Counted from the stretch's first letter, positions 1-13,933 are shown. The stretch: 64,000 bases of DNA from Hypanus sabinus (GCF_030144855.1 NC_082715.1:129828001-129892000), one strand, 5' to 3'. Notes: generated by a model from the letters alone, not told the origin. Numbers and translations: made by a program.

Positions 1-2419
1 AACTTGGTCTCAATCCTACCCTGTTACTTTATCCTCGGTTTATCTTAAATAGAAATAAACTTCCCTTTCGTTTAATATGCATATGCGCACTTTCATTTCT
101 TTCTATATAGCTACACCAGTTATAACTGATGTAAATTTACATTGATACCAAAACACTGGATCACATCAGTACTTTGCCCGGCCTGTTGAAGGGCAACACT
201 CCTCCAGTACTGCATAGCACAGGACTCCAAGGAGTTACACAGCTGTATTAGACTTTTTTTTGGGGGGGGAGAGGATTGCAGAGGGAAGGGGAGACAAAGA
301 AAGGAACATGACAGCAAAGGGGAGAGGGATTGCTGAATGGGAGAAGTAGGATCTGGAAGAACTGAGGGCACTGGCAGTGAGTGGGAATGTCCTTTCAAGA
401 TCTGCCTTATGCTCTCAAGAAACTGCACTCAGATGCAGCATTAGTTTGTATTATTGTTTTGTGTCTGCCCGCTGTGCGATAATAAACTTAAGACGATGAT
501 TTTTTATTCAAATTGGACCATGGCCCTCAAATGACAAAACTTAGGGCACCCTTTGCCGTGCTTTCTGACTATGACAGAGGCAAGTAGCAGTAAACAACTC
601 ATTGTAAAGCAGCTATCTTTTTCCTTCAGAGACATGTCATGCTTAAACTTAAAGTGAAAAGGAAGAAATCAGATTTGATATTAAACAAGGTGAGGTTTCA
701 GGGCTCAGTTATAGCTTTCTTTTTAACCATCTTCAAGAACCAAATGCCCCTTTCACATTCACACAGCTCCAACATCTATTTTGTTTACAATTATCGAAGC
801 AACAGAAAGTTTATTGGAATATAGCCAAATATTTGTCAAACAGATGCTAAAAAAGTTAAGAATTCAAAAATCTTGCAGACGCTGGAAGCTGAAATAAAAA
901 CAGAAAGTGATGGTAAAACTCAGCAAGTCAAGCAGAATCTGTAGAAAGGAAAGCATAGTTAACATTACTGATCAGTGACCTTTAAACAGAATAAAACCGT
1001 ATAGATGGCTCCTTTCTGTTAATCATACGGTGATTTAATCACCTATTCTGATAAACTATCTTCAATCTGTAATGTCAACTCTAGATTCTTTTCTACAGAT
1101 CTGCTTTCATCATTTTCTGTTAAGTAAAAAAATATCCACTTGTGCAGGTGAGGCACTCTTTAATATTTCTTCTTAATATACTGACTGTATAGACTGAGCA
1201 ACTGGAAAATACCAAACAAAAGCAGGTCTTGAAACTTGCACTTTTCGTAGAGGTTCAAAGAAATATTGAACTACAGAACGGTTATAGCACTGAAGGCTAT
1301 TATCAGCCCACTCTATCTGCACCAGCCTTTTCTCCAGTCTTCCTTTTTTCTCAATTCCCTCCTGAAAATGACTCTCCACAAATGAAGGCAGTACATTCCA
1401 GATATCAACCATACATATCCTAATGCCAATTTTAATTCTCTTCCTTTTTATTTTATACCCATGACCTCTAGTTAACATGGAGAACTGCTTTCTACTACCC
1501 ATTCTGTCTCGGACTCTCACCATTTTATACATATACACCCATCAAATCTCCCTTCAGTCTCCCCTTTGCTAAAGTATACAGTATCAGCCTGGCTAATCTA
1601 CCATCGTAAATGTAGACCCTCACCACAGGAACCACCTGTGATGCCCAATACAATGCCCTGAATATACTGTAGTGATCAGAAAAGATCTGATTACTCTAGT
1701 TGAAGTCAGATCAGTGTTTTGTAAAGGCCCAGCACAATCCTCCTGCTTTTATGCTGTGTGTCTCAATCAATTAAGTTCAGAATTCTGTGTGACTTATTAA
1801 CTGTTTTTAGATTGATAAGTATATAAAGGCCAAGCATTCGGAGGGCACACCACAATTAACAGCGCACTGATGATGTCTCCTCATATGGTCACAAAATGTT
1901 TGTAAGTATATTGCCAAGATCAGACAACAACTCAACCCAAACATGATGAAACACAATTTACCTTTGAAAGTTTTTTGCCAGTTCCCCCACGATCTCTTCC
2001 CATGCCTTTCAAAATCCTAGAATGCTTGTTGCAATTTGAGGACTTAATAGCTCAGTCAACTTTATAGTACCTCTATGGGTTTTTTAAAAATACATCTTGT
2101 ACTCAACTAACCCTTCTTTTCTTCTACTTTGGAAACATCCTCTTCCCAGATGAACGGATGCAAAGTACTAACTTAGTATTTTAAAAGTTCCCTGATGATC
2201 CATATTTGTTTTAAATAAGTTCCACTCCTTTATGCACTACCCTTTTACTAATTACATGGCTGTAGAACGAAACTGGTTCCTCAAAACCACTGAACTGTTT
2301 GGTGAATAATTCAAGTGAGACCCAGAATAAATACAGTATGCAGAGGTAGAAAATGAAAAGGAAAGTAGTACAAGCAAATTGAGATAATTATAGAACAGCT
2401 GCTAATATTGACAGGACAC

Positions 2420-3745
2420 TTAAAAGTCTTTTCTAAATTTGGAGCCTAGAAGGCCATTTTTGTAGTGCCACAGAGGTAAGGTTGGAATACACTGAGTACT
2501 GGCACATATCAGAACAATGAGACATTGGCGCATCTTTGGTAGTCTGAGCAAAGAATTGCAGGGGGAGAGGAATGTGATATTAGGAAGGTTAGCCATGTTT
2601 AAAATAAAACAGCCACTAAAACTGGATGGGAAAACTTGACATTCCAGAGGGAATTAGGGATGAAGACTTCAGAAGGGCTTGCCATATTGGTCCAAACCTT
2701 TCTAAAGAGAAGGATGCTGTCATCCTTGATTAAAAAGGCTTGAATGATGAAAGGATAATCAGTTTAACAGCAACGGGAAGCTGTTTTGGAGAGCTGACTT
2801 AGATTAGTTAAAAACAAATTGCTCGAGCAATCTGACACAATTTTTGAGAAGGTATTACAGGCAGCTGGTGAAAAGAACATAGTGCCAATCATCTATGGTA
2901 ATTTTTGAAAGCATTTCACGAAGTCTCACTTAAAAGGGTGGTAAACAAATTGAAACAATAATAGGACTATGAAGACACACAAAAAGAAATTCAAGGTATG
3001 TTGTAATTCAGTCAGGAAAAGTCACTGATAGTCACTAATCTTCCCAAGGATTTAGTGTGGCTTTATACTTAGAGTAAAATTTCCAAGTTTGCGGATTATA
3101 TCAAAGTAGGAGAGAAGAATGAATGCAGAGAAGGGCGAAGTGATACATTTTGGCAGAAAGGAAAATAAGAGATAATATAAATTAAATAATATGATTTAAA
3201 ATATGAGAAGTGTGCAGGAACAGGCAAAACTACATGTAAATGTGCATAAATCTTTGAAAACACAATGACACTCTGAGAAGGAAGTTTGTAAAGTAATTGA
3301 GATGTTGGCTCCATAAATAGACTTGGAGCACAAAAACAGAGGTGTCATGTTGAACTTTTATAAAACATTGATTCAAACACAGATAGAAGACAGCATCCAA
3401 TTTTCATTGTGGCATTAAAAGTTAATGTGAGGATTCTGGAAAGAGTACAGAAGAGATTTACTGAACTGACTTCAAGCTTGGAGAATCAATTGAAAAGATT
3501 AATCTGAAGAAGCCTGGGCTGATTTCTTTGGAGTAGAGTTTAAAAGGTGAACAAAATCATGATAGGGTGAGAGACAGTAGCGGGCAGCTGTTTCTACTAA
3601 GAAATAGCTAGAAGAAAGTTTCATTTTAAATGCATGGTAGTTATCATCCACAACTCACTTGCTGTAAGCATGGCAGAAACTGAGACAATTGGGGCTTGCA
3701 AAACTAAATTGGAACAACACATTGGAAAATTATTTTCTGTTGAGA
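2420..3745 (+). mobile_element. Older, heavily decayed CR1 remnant
   Basis: Patchy similarity to the CR1 RT and 3' region (aaaatttccaagtttgcggat, agagtacagaagagatttac). Confidence 0.5.
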
Positions 3746-3769
3746 AGTTCACATACATAAAGTGTAAAA

Positions 3770-5325
3770 AAGAGGTGACAGTAGAAACTGGACCACTGGA
3801 AAACGGTGCTGGAGAGGTAGTAATAGGGGACCACAAAATAGCCGATGAACTGAATAAGTACTTTGCATCAGTCTTCGCTGTGGAAGACACTAACAGTATG
3901 GTGGAAGTTCCAGGTGTCAGGGGGCATGAAGTGTGTGAGGTTACCATAACTAGACAGAAAGGCCTGAAGGTAGATCATTCACCTGGACCAGATGGTGTAC
4001 ACCCCAGAGTTATGAAGGAGGCAGCTGAAGAAATTGTGGAGACAGTAGTAATGATCTTTCAAGAATCAATATACTCTGGCATGGTTCCGGAAGACTGGAC
4101 AGTTGCAAATATCATGCTACTCTTCAAGAAGAGACAGAGGCAGAAGGAAGGAGACGATAGGCCAGTTAGTCTGACCTCAGTGGCTGGGAAGATGTTGGAG
4201 TCAATTATTAAGGATGAAGTCTCAGGGTACTTGTAGGCACATTATAAAATAGGCTGTAGGCAGCATGGTTTTCTCAAGAGAAAATCTTGCCTGACAAATC
4301 TGTTGGAATTCTTTGAAGTAACATGCAGGATAGACAAAGAAGAATCAGCTGATGTTGTGTACTTAGATTTTCATGAGGCTGCTTAACAAGCTATGAGCCC
4401 GTGTAGCACAGGAAATATTCGAGAATGGATAACATAGTGGCTGATTGGCAGGAGGCAAAGAGTGGGAATAAAGGGAGCCTTTTCTGACTGGCGGTCAGTG
4501 ACCAGTGGTGTTCCACAGGGGTCTGTGCTGGGACTGATTCATTTTACGTTATACGTCAATGAAACGGCAGATGGAATCCAGTGTCGGGAAGTGTATGATT
4601 GTGCACTTTGGTAGAAGAAATGTAAGGAGAGAAAATAGAAAAAAAAAACTAAGGTGCAAAAAGACTTGGGAGTTCTTGTGTAGGATTCCCTAATGGTTAA
4701 TTTGCAGGTTAAGTCTGTGGTGAGGAAGGCAATGCAATGTTTGCAATCATTTCAAGAGGACTAGAACATAAAAGAAAGGATGTAATGTTGAGACTTCATA
4801 AAACACTAGTGAGACCTCACTTGGAGTATTGTGAGCAGGTTTGGGTAACTTATCTTAGAAAGAATGTGCTAAAACTGGACAGGGTTTAAAGGAGATTCAC
4901 GAAAACAATTCCAGGATTAAATGGCTTGTCAATGAAGAATGTCTGATGGGTCTGGGCCGTATGTACTAGAACTCAGAAGAGGGGTAACCTCATTGAAACC
5001 CTATCAAATAGTGAAAGCCCTTGACAGAGTGAATTTGGACAGTATGTCTCCTACCATGGGAGAGTCTAAGACCAGAGGATACAGCTTCAGAATAGTGGTG
5101 AATCTGTGGAATTCTTTGCCACAAGCAGCTGTGGAGGCCAAGTCTTTATGTCTACTTAAGGCAGACGTTGATAGATTCTTGATTGATCAGGGCATGAAAA
5201 GATACAGGGAGAGAGCAGGAAATTGGGGCTGAGAGGAAAATTGGATCAGCCATGATGAAATGGCGGAGCAGACTTGATGGGCTAAATGGCCTAATTCTGC
5301 TCCTACATCTTATGGTCTTATGGTA
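3770..5325 (+). mobile_element. CR1 LINE, 5'-truncated ORF2 RT region and 3' end
   Basis: ADELNKYFASVF, SPGPDGVHPRV, VPEDW, RPVSLTSV motifs; (TCTTATGG)n tail. Confidence 0.92.
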
Positions 5326-6765
5326 ATGAAATGGAACTGACTGGATAGCACCGCAAGGAGATTACATCATAGGTCTCTCTCTCTCTCGCTGCACTGAAAT
5401 GATTCAATGATTCTATACAGGACATTGAGTATCAATATGAAAAGGGTTATGCTTTCTTAACAATGTTTAATATAATTATAAAAATTGATTATACAGAAGG
5501 CCCTCCTTTGATGATAAATGCTGAGACTGATATAAATAGACCGAAAGCTCTCAAAGATCCACAGACAATTAAGCACTGAAATTTGCCCTGCAATGTGCTG
5601 CAGTAAAGGATATTGGGATCTGAATAACAGGAGCAGCAGTTTGTCTTCAGTCACCAGCGCTAAATAAATGGGTCCTGATCAGCGCTAGCAACAAAGACAA
5701 ATTGGCAGTATCGGAGAAGCCAAATTAAGTTAGTGTGCTTCTGGCACCAACCTGTGGGTCTTTCAAAAGGCCTTCTATATTTTTGCTGAAGGAAAATGGC
5801 TTAATGAATTGTTCTTTGAAATTTGGAATTGTTCCTTTGTGCTTTCCAATGCTACTTGAAAAATGATATCTGCAGTGCTCTCTAATTAGATGAGTTGACT
5901 CAGATCAGTGCATTTGTTTAATGTTTCTATGTGGACATTGGACATAAATTGTACTTCTGCTCACTGATGCCTTTTGGAAGAAAGTCAATTGCTGTTTAAA
6001 TGGAAATAACAGAGGCTAGGAAATAAAATGAAAACATAATATAATTTCATTATGTAAGCATTACAATCTTGTCTTTAGATCAGTATAATTTTAACAACTT
6101 GCCTATTGAGGAAGAAAAGACCACAGCCCTTTGGTGATGGTTGTAAGCACAGGCAAAGTCGAAACTATATTATCATTACCAAAACATAATACAATGTTTA
6201 CACTGCAAGACTGCCTCAAATATGTTAGTTGGACAACTACAGTAAGAAATTAAAATACTGAAAGAAAATGGATTGAAGTCCGCATTGCCAAATGCTTAAT
6301 TTAACAGGCAACATTAAAAACAAATCTGAACTACATCGACTGTGATAGCCTCAGGTTTTATAGGTATCCTGTCTAAATTATCTCAGCAGGGCACTGGTGC
6401 ATATAGACACAATATGCCCACAGGAAAAGGAGATCAGCAAAGGATATCTTTTATGATGTCTGTCAAATGAGGACTGTTGAAAGTCCATAAATAGACAGCA
6501 TGGTCAAGACAAGATTTGGCCAATCAATGAAGTCACATCGGATAAGTAGGTTATCATAATTCACAGGCATAAATATAAACTCAGATGCTGAAAATATGTA
6601 CAAACTTCAGCCTGAAACATCAACCCTGTTTCTCTTTCCACAGATGCTACCTGACAAGACATATTTGGCATTTTCAGTTTTAGTATCACTACTTTCACTA
6701 GCATATTGGCAAAAATGATAAGGCACTGTTTTCAGACCAGGAAAGAAAACTACAGGAAAATAAAA

Positions 6766-6944
6766 CTGGACACGCCCCTCTGCTGACTGCTCCTTCCACA
6801 GACCCCTGTATCAAGGCGATTGTGTCACTGCTCCTCCCACAGTCCAAGGCGGTCATCCAGCATGGAAGTGGTCCATTTTACTGCTAATAAAAGCCTTTCA
6901 GTATTTACTCGTTCCAGTCTTTTGGAGTTATTGATTGTGCATCA
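6766..6944 (+). mobile_element. Partial solo LTR (Gypsy-like)
   Basis: Decayed TATA-like tgtatcaagg, AATAAA at about 6886 and a ..ttgattgtgcaTCA terminus; 5' TG end and TSD not identified. Confidence 0.45.
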
Positions 6945-7019
6945 AAGAGTGAAATGAGCCTTATTTTATCTGGATAGTTACTAACACTTCAGGTGTCTCC
7001 TACATTTTAAGTTCAAATG

Positions 7020-7400
7020 TACAATTATAATCTGTTAGCCTGGACTCAGTGGTCACACCTTCACCTTCTGAATCTGAAAACAGTTCAAGATCCACTCTCA
7101 ACCCAAGCACACAACTGTAGTTGTCAGAGGAATGCAGTTGCTAAACAGTGATGACTTTTGACAGGTATTACAATAAATTCTGTTTGCCCTCTCAGGTAAG
7201 TGTTTAAAACAATATTCCATAGCACTATTCAGAACATCAAGAACATTACCCTGTGATCTGGCCATGATTTAACCCTCAACCGGCATACCTGTAAATTTAT
7301 TTCTTGGAGTTGTGAGACATTGCTGTGAGAAAACTGGGTGGTGTACTTCCCTACACATGCAAAAGCTTTGAGACAGAGGCCATAAAAAATGCCATTCATT
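7020..7400 (+). mobile_element. Ancient DeuSINE (SacSINE1/AmnSINE1-like)
   Basis: Deu-domain-like tgtttgccctctcaggt..ccatagcactattc..ctggccatgatttaaccctcaacc..ttgctgtgagaaaactgg; recognised from memory of the consensus. Confidence 0.6.
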
Positions 7401-8749
7401 TTTTTATTAGGTAACGAGCTGATGCATTTCAAAAGTAAAAATCTTCAAAAAAGCAGTAAAAATGTCTCTCATTTACAAAACCAATTTGTAATATCACCAG
7501 TATATAAAAAATAACATAACTCATCTCATTCATGTAACTAAAGGTAGAATTATGCTAAAGTACTGGATTAGCAGAGTTCTGAAAAAAGACTAAGTTTCAC
7601 CAAGGCCACCTAGAAATTTAAATTCAAGGAAATAAATCAACAGAAAATAATTTAGATTAAAAGTGTTTTTTTTTAAATAGGCAACTATAAAACTGTTGGA
7701 TTGCTGTAAAGCCCCAGCTGGTTTATTAATGTTCTTTAGATTAGAAAATCTGCTTTCCTTCCCAAACTGGTGAATATGTTGCTCCATACTCTTCAATTGA
7801 TTTGATTGTTAAATGCTTCCTCAGTTCAGCTGCAATTAGCTTAACTGCTTCCATTAGAAGACCATAAGATATAGGAACAGAATTAGGCCACTTGGCCCAT
7901 TGCGTTAGCTCCACCATTTCATAGCGGCTGATCCAATTTTCCTCTTGGTCCCAATCTCCTGCCTTCTCCCCATATCCCTTCATGCCCTGACTAATCAAGA
8001 ATCTATTAATCTCTGCAATAAATATTCACAAAGACTCGCCTTGCTCTTCATATTACATGAACCAAATATAAAAAAACATTACAAAGCCACATTGGTAGAG
8101 CAGGAGGGAATACATTGTGCCAGGTGTAATATCATGAACTAGACTTCAAAATAAAGAAGTAATCGAGAGTCTCACAAGACATCTTTCTATTACTTACACA
8201 GAGATTGTCTGAAAATCACAAAGACAGCGAATGAATAAACCAAAGTTAAGGAAACAAGACCTACAAATCAGCGAATAAGAACAACAAACCATTTTGTCAC
8301 TCCCAAATGAGAGGTAGGGATGAAAGAGCTAACTACAAGCACATAATGTCATATCTCTGAATTTGCGCAGGACATTCTGAGAGGGGAGGGAGAGCAGCCA
8401 GCTATCGTGGTCTATGTTGGCACTAACCACATAGGCTGGAAGAGACGACTTGAAAAGAAAATCTGTGGAATTAAGCAGAAAATTAAAGAGCAGGACCTGA
8501 GGTTGTAATCTCAGGATTACCTCCCTTGTCATGTACTCATGAGGCCGAACCACAAATGTCATGACTATTTAATTACCTAGGTCAGGAATGGCAGTTAGTG
8601 ATGAATAATAAGTCACAATATCTGCAGCATGTGAATAAATAAATGAAACTCAGATAATCCCTTGAACGCTAAGAGAATTTAAGCAACTGGGAAAGAAACA
8701 GGGTAATCATACCTACACACGGTGCCTAAATTTTTTTAGGCATAACTAT

Positions 8750-8975
8750 ACATCTGGTCGTTAATGCAAATGTCTAATCAGCCAATCATGTGGCAGCAAT
8801 CCAATGCATAAAAGAGGTTCAGTTTTTGTCCAGATCAAACATCAGAATGGAGTACAAATGTGATCTAAGTGACTTTGACTTTGAAATGATTGATGGTGCC
8901 AGATGGGGTGGTTTGAGTAATCTTAGAAACCGCTGATCTCCTGGGGTTTTCACACACAATGGTCTCCAGAATTTA
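8750..8975 (+). mobile_element. Tc1-like transposase 5' fragment, third family
   Basis: Encodes KCDLSDFDFEMIDGARWGGLS..ETADLLGFSHTMVSRI, a Tc1 helix-turn-helix N-terminus. Confidence 0.7.
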
Positions 8976-9787
8976 AATGCAAGAGAATCCGCAGATGCTG
9001 GAAATCTAGAGCAACATAAACATAATGCTAGAGGAACTCAGCAGGTCTGGCCGCATCTATGGAAATGAATATACAGTTGATACTTCAGACTGAGATCCTT
9101 CTTCCTACCTCCTACCCAAGATCTACAAACCAAGATGTCTGGGTAGGCCCCATTGACTATGCCTGCTCCTGCTCCACTGAACTCCATTCTGTCCCCATTG
9201 GGTCAGTCCCTTTCCTGCAGTGTCTGAGAGTTGACATCTGGCCTCCGCAAGGTAGAGGACAGTCCGCCACACTACAACAGCAGCCCCTTTGTCTGTGGGT
9301 TTGATGGTAAGGTTGGGATTGGTGTGGAGGGAGTGGAGAGCAGTGTGCTCAAAGAGGATAAAGTTTGAGGAGAACAGAAGAGAGCTGAAGGTGAGCTGGT
9401 TGATGTCTCATTGGCAATTTTGTGAAAATTCAAAAATTTAGAAGCAAAACAGCCCAGAGTAAAATGGTTCCTGAAAGGGTTAAATATAAAAACCATTAAA
9501 TTATTATACCATTCAGAACACTTACCACTGTTATTTAGTAGTATTGAATACTCTCTACAAATAGATTCACTTCATGATACTTCTTACACATCAAGAAATT
9601 AAAACTATACGGGAATGAAGTACTCACAGTCATTTCAGCTGGATATCTAGTTTTTACTTCCACCCAATGAAAAAATGCATTTGGACCAAACTTTCTGCTG
9701 AAATCCCAAACCATTAATGGTACTTTGGGGAAAATGGAATAAACCTGAACAATTAGCACATCAGAGTAGGTGGCACAGTGATGCAGC

Positions 9788-11371
9788 TAGTGCCTTGGAA
9801 GTGTATTCAGCCCCCACAACTATTTTCATATTTTACCGTCTCATTTTTTAAATTTAAAATATATTGAAGTAGGATATTTTGAGCTAATCTACAAAACATT
9901 GTGCATCATGTCAAATCAAAAAAAAATTCCAAAACCTGTCAACAATTTTCTAAAAATTAAAAACCAGAACTACGTGGCTGAGAAAATATTCATCCTCTTT
10001 GTAATTACTATGCTGACTTTCCTCAAGTGCAGTACTATATATTACTTTACCAACTCACCCAATTTGTGGATTTAGAAAATTGGAGGACCACCTGTATTCA
10101 ATTAATTCATAAGAATAAATACCTCCTCTCTCCGTAAGGTCAAACAGTATGGTAGATTTTCAACAGCCCAAACCAAAATGAATACAAAAGAGCATTTAAG
10201 CAAATGATAATAGAGAAGCACAAATCTGGGGAAGGGTACAAGACCATCTCAAGGGCACTGAACATACCTTGGAGCTCAGGGCAGACCTATGTGGAAAAAG
10301 TGGAGGAAATATGAAACCACAGCCACACTGTCTATATCCCTCTAAGCTTAGATACCAGAGAAGAATGGCACATGTAAGAGAGTCTACTGTGACACCAACA
10401 GTCACTCTGAGCGAACTGTGGAAGTTAGTGGCTGGAACTGCAGGTAAAGTTCATGGCTCCACAATCTCCAAGGCCTTGCACAAAAAAAAGGATATTTATG
10501 GAAGAGTGGCAAGGAAAAAGCCCTGCCTTGCCAATAAAGGCTTTGCAAAGCATCACTTAGAAGATAGTGTAGAGATGTGGAAGAAGGTCTCGTGGTCAGA
10601 TAAGACTAAAGTGGAACATTTTGACCTCAGCACTAAGTGGTACATGTTGCATCTGCCAGGTAACACCATTCTAACTGTAAAGTACAGTGGCATCGTGCTA
10701 TGGGAATGCTTCTCAGCAGCAGAGACTGGAAATCTGGTCAGGAATGATAGGAAGACAAGTGCTGCTAATCTACACAGAAATCCTGGATATAAACCTGCTA
10801 GCCTCTGCCAGAAAGCTTAAACTGGGGAGGAAGTTCGCCTTTCAGCAGGACAATGACCCAAAGCACACTGCCAGAGCAACCATGGAGTAGTTTCAAATGA
10901 CAAAATTTGCTGTCCTTGAATGGAACAGTCAGAGTCCTGCACTTGACCCATTCGAATATCGCTAGCAAGACTCAAGATTGCTGTCTTCCGCTGCTCCCAA
11001 CTAATCTGGTTGAGCAATTTTGCCAAGGTGGAATGGATAAATCTTGTGCCATCACATTGTGCAAAGCTAATAGAGGCTTGTCCAAAAAGACTACTGACAA
11101 AAAGACAAAAGGATGTAATAGCTCTGAGAGGTGGTTCAGCCAAATACTAAGCAAAAGTGGATGAATAGTTTTGAACAGCTGACATTTCAGGTTTTGAATT
11201 TTCAGTTTTTCATGCTTTACAACTTTCCCCAATTTTTGGGCTCTACCATGGGGGAAAAAATGAGCATGTAATTCACAAATAAAAATTCTCATTTAAGTTG
11301 ATCAAAATCCCTGAAATAACGTTATTTATGTGAACACCAGGCTGGGGGCAGAATACTTTTACGAGGCTCTG
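9788..11371 (+). mobile_element. Tc1-like DNA transposon, family A, near full length, transposase disrupted
   Basis: TIRs (c)agtgccttggaagtgtattcagccccc / gggggcagaatacttttacgaggctctg|ta; WSDKTKVEHF and QQDNDPKHT motifs; interrupts a V-SINE. Confidence 0.92.
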
Positions 11372-11781
11372 TATCTCATAGTGCCAGGGATCTGAGTTCA
11401 GTGCTAACCTCAGGTTCCTTCTGTGTTGAGTTTGTATGTTTTTCTGGTTCTGTTCCGGTGCTGGTTTTGCATCTCAATTTCCAAAAATCTGCTGGTTGGT
11501 AGGTTAATTAGCTGTTGTAAATTACTCAGCTATTACCCAACGTACTAGAGTGGTAAAAATCAAGAAGGTGAAGAGAATGTGGGGAGGATAAAGTAAATGG
11601 TATAAATCTAAGATTACTGTAAATGGGTGGCTTACTGGTTGTCATGGACTCAGTGGCCTGTTTCTGTGTTGTATCTATCTGCAGCACAGTTTCTATACAA
11701 TATAAAACAAAAAGGATAAAAAATTCAAATCTTAAAGAAAGAGGAGGTGTAGACCTACAATATTGCAATCTGAAAGGGTAC

Positions 11782-11921
11782 CTTAGTATGTCCAGCCCAT
11801 ACGTGCATCTGCTTCTTAGGGAGGTAACACTTCTCTGGTGGTTGATCAGATCGTAAATTGACTCCAAGGTCCTGAGGAATGTGCAAATATGATCTGCCTT
11901 GATAGTCATACATATCTTTGA
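11782..11921 (-). CDS. CDC40: CDC40 internal exon (exon 7 equivalent), runs into first WD40 repeat
   Basis: tctttacag|TC AAA ... ACT AAG|gtaccc; 140 nt, phase 1->0; (I)KDMYDYQGRSYLHIPQDLGVNLRSDQPPEKCYLPKKQMHVWAGHTK; the next expected exon (GVSAVRLFP...) was not found in 1-11781. Confidence 0.96.
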
Positions 11922-13827
11922 CTGTAAAGAGAAAACAATCCTGCTTAGTGCTTTATAGAACTATTTCAGGTTCTTCACGAGGCAAGCAATAAAGGTAAGT
12001 ACTTTTTAAAATTCTAGTCATTGAAAGAATTCCCTTAAAAATCATATTAATTTACAACCATAAAAATTGGAATGTGAATTGGAACACAAATGTGAAAATG
12101 AAAACAAAAAGCTCTTGGAGAGATTTAATTTCGTCAATTAAACTTGCATCTTAAGTATGATCTGGCTCATCAATATAAAAAGTGGAACTACAAATCTGGA
12201 ATAATTGTTTAATATATGCTAGTTTATATTCCTTCCATGCCAAATACATTCTCAGAAAGTCATTTTGCCTTCAGTGCTTTATTTTTTTGCATAGTGAAGT
12301 GCAAATGTCCCATTTCTTGTCGCTGAACAAGCATCTCAGACTCAATTTTTCATTACTTTGCAGAAATTGTTCTCATAATAAATCAAATAAAGCACGAGGG
12401 CTAGTTTTAAAAATGTCAGTAAGTGCTAAGTGCACCAGCTCTGCAAGTTGTTTCTCAATATTTCCAAATGCAAATCAGATGTCACCAAGTGTGTCAGATT
12501 TATAAATTTATGAATCGTTACTCCAACTGCAGGCAGATAGGTGTCAGTCTACCTTGGAAATTAATAGCTATACTTCTTTGAAACTGAATTTTCAGTGCTG
12601 GTCCTCACTTTGACAACATTTTGATAATTCCAAGATTTATGCTACTTGACTCTAGCACATGATTCATGCCTAAACTTAGTATGTTAATAATCAATCTCAC
12701 CAGCAAAACATTTCCTTTATTTGTAAGTGTAATATGCAGAAATATCCAAATGTTAAATTACTTTGGTCCCAATTCAGATTCGAATGACTGCGGGGAACAG
12801 CAACGTGAAGATAAATTGAAGAGGAAATGCTAAAATAAAAATAAATAATAGCAGGAAATAAATGAAAGAAAATTTTTTATTATTTAATGGAGTAGCATCC
12901 CCTATGTTTTTACATTAATATCCTCTTTGTTTTGGCAGCAACTGCTTTTTTACAGATCCCACTACAGCTCTTCAATTTTACTATCTGATGTGGTGTTTTT
13001 AATTCTATTGAATGAGTCACAGGTAAGACACATCTGATGGTTAGTTTTTAAGGTTTCTTGCTCACATTTACTTCTCTGCTCAATTTCTTCTGCTTCTAGC
13101 TCTGTAAAAAACATACTCCCTCAAATTATTACTAATACTCTACAATTTTCTTTTTCTTCCTTTTCCAACTACAGACCTACATAATCATACTCTAATCCTT
13201 ATCTATATTGCACTTATTCTTTTCACATAAATAGGCGTGCAGAGAGTTAACTCTTCCCTTAAATCCAATTTCATAATGAATAATAGGGTCTTATTTAACG
13301 ATAAGAATGTCCTGCAAAGGAAATCCGCATATTGTCTCCAAATTGAGATCATCCGATTATTTGTATTGTGTCGCAGGACTCTTTAACACACCAATGTAAA
13401 CACCCCAGTAAAGCTAGGTGCAGCTCTGATCTCCAGTTTCTCTTTTCTCACTTCATACCTGCTCAGAATTCAGCTCTACCTCACAACCAACTTTCTTGGG
13501 CACACCAATGCAAGTGATATTTTAGGGAACTTGTCACAAAACTCTATGGCTTTAACTTAAGTGAAAATTCACAACTGCATAACAGGTATCAAAATTAAGA
13601 AATGAGAAAGTTTGAGAATAAGGAATACCAGACAGGAAGCAAGCAGAGACAGTAAGTGATATAACAAGTACTAAACAAAACAAAGAAAGCAAAATACTTT
13701 AGACTGCTGTTAATTTGTAGCTGGTGTAAAATAAGATGAAAAATTAAATCAAATCCTCCTTTGCAAAGGATCAGAATTGTTACCCTCTATGCGGAACAGC
13801 AAACAAACAAAATTAAGGTTTTATTAC

Positions 13828-13924
13828 TGTGAAGGATTGTTTTCTCTTCTGCAGGTTTTTCATCGTCTTGTTTGCCCTTCTTCTGCCTCTTTGCGATGAT
13901 CTCATCAAGTTCTTTCTGTTCTTC
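13828..13924 (-). CDS. CDC40: CDC40 internal exon (exon 6 equivalent)
   Basis: caacag|GAA GAA ... CTT CAC A|gtaata; 97 nt, phase 0->1; EEQKELDEIIAKRQKKGKQDDEKPAEEKTILH. Confidence 0.95.
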
Positions 13925-13933
13925 CTGTTGAAT

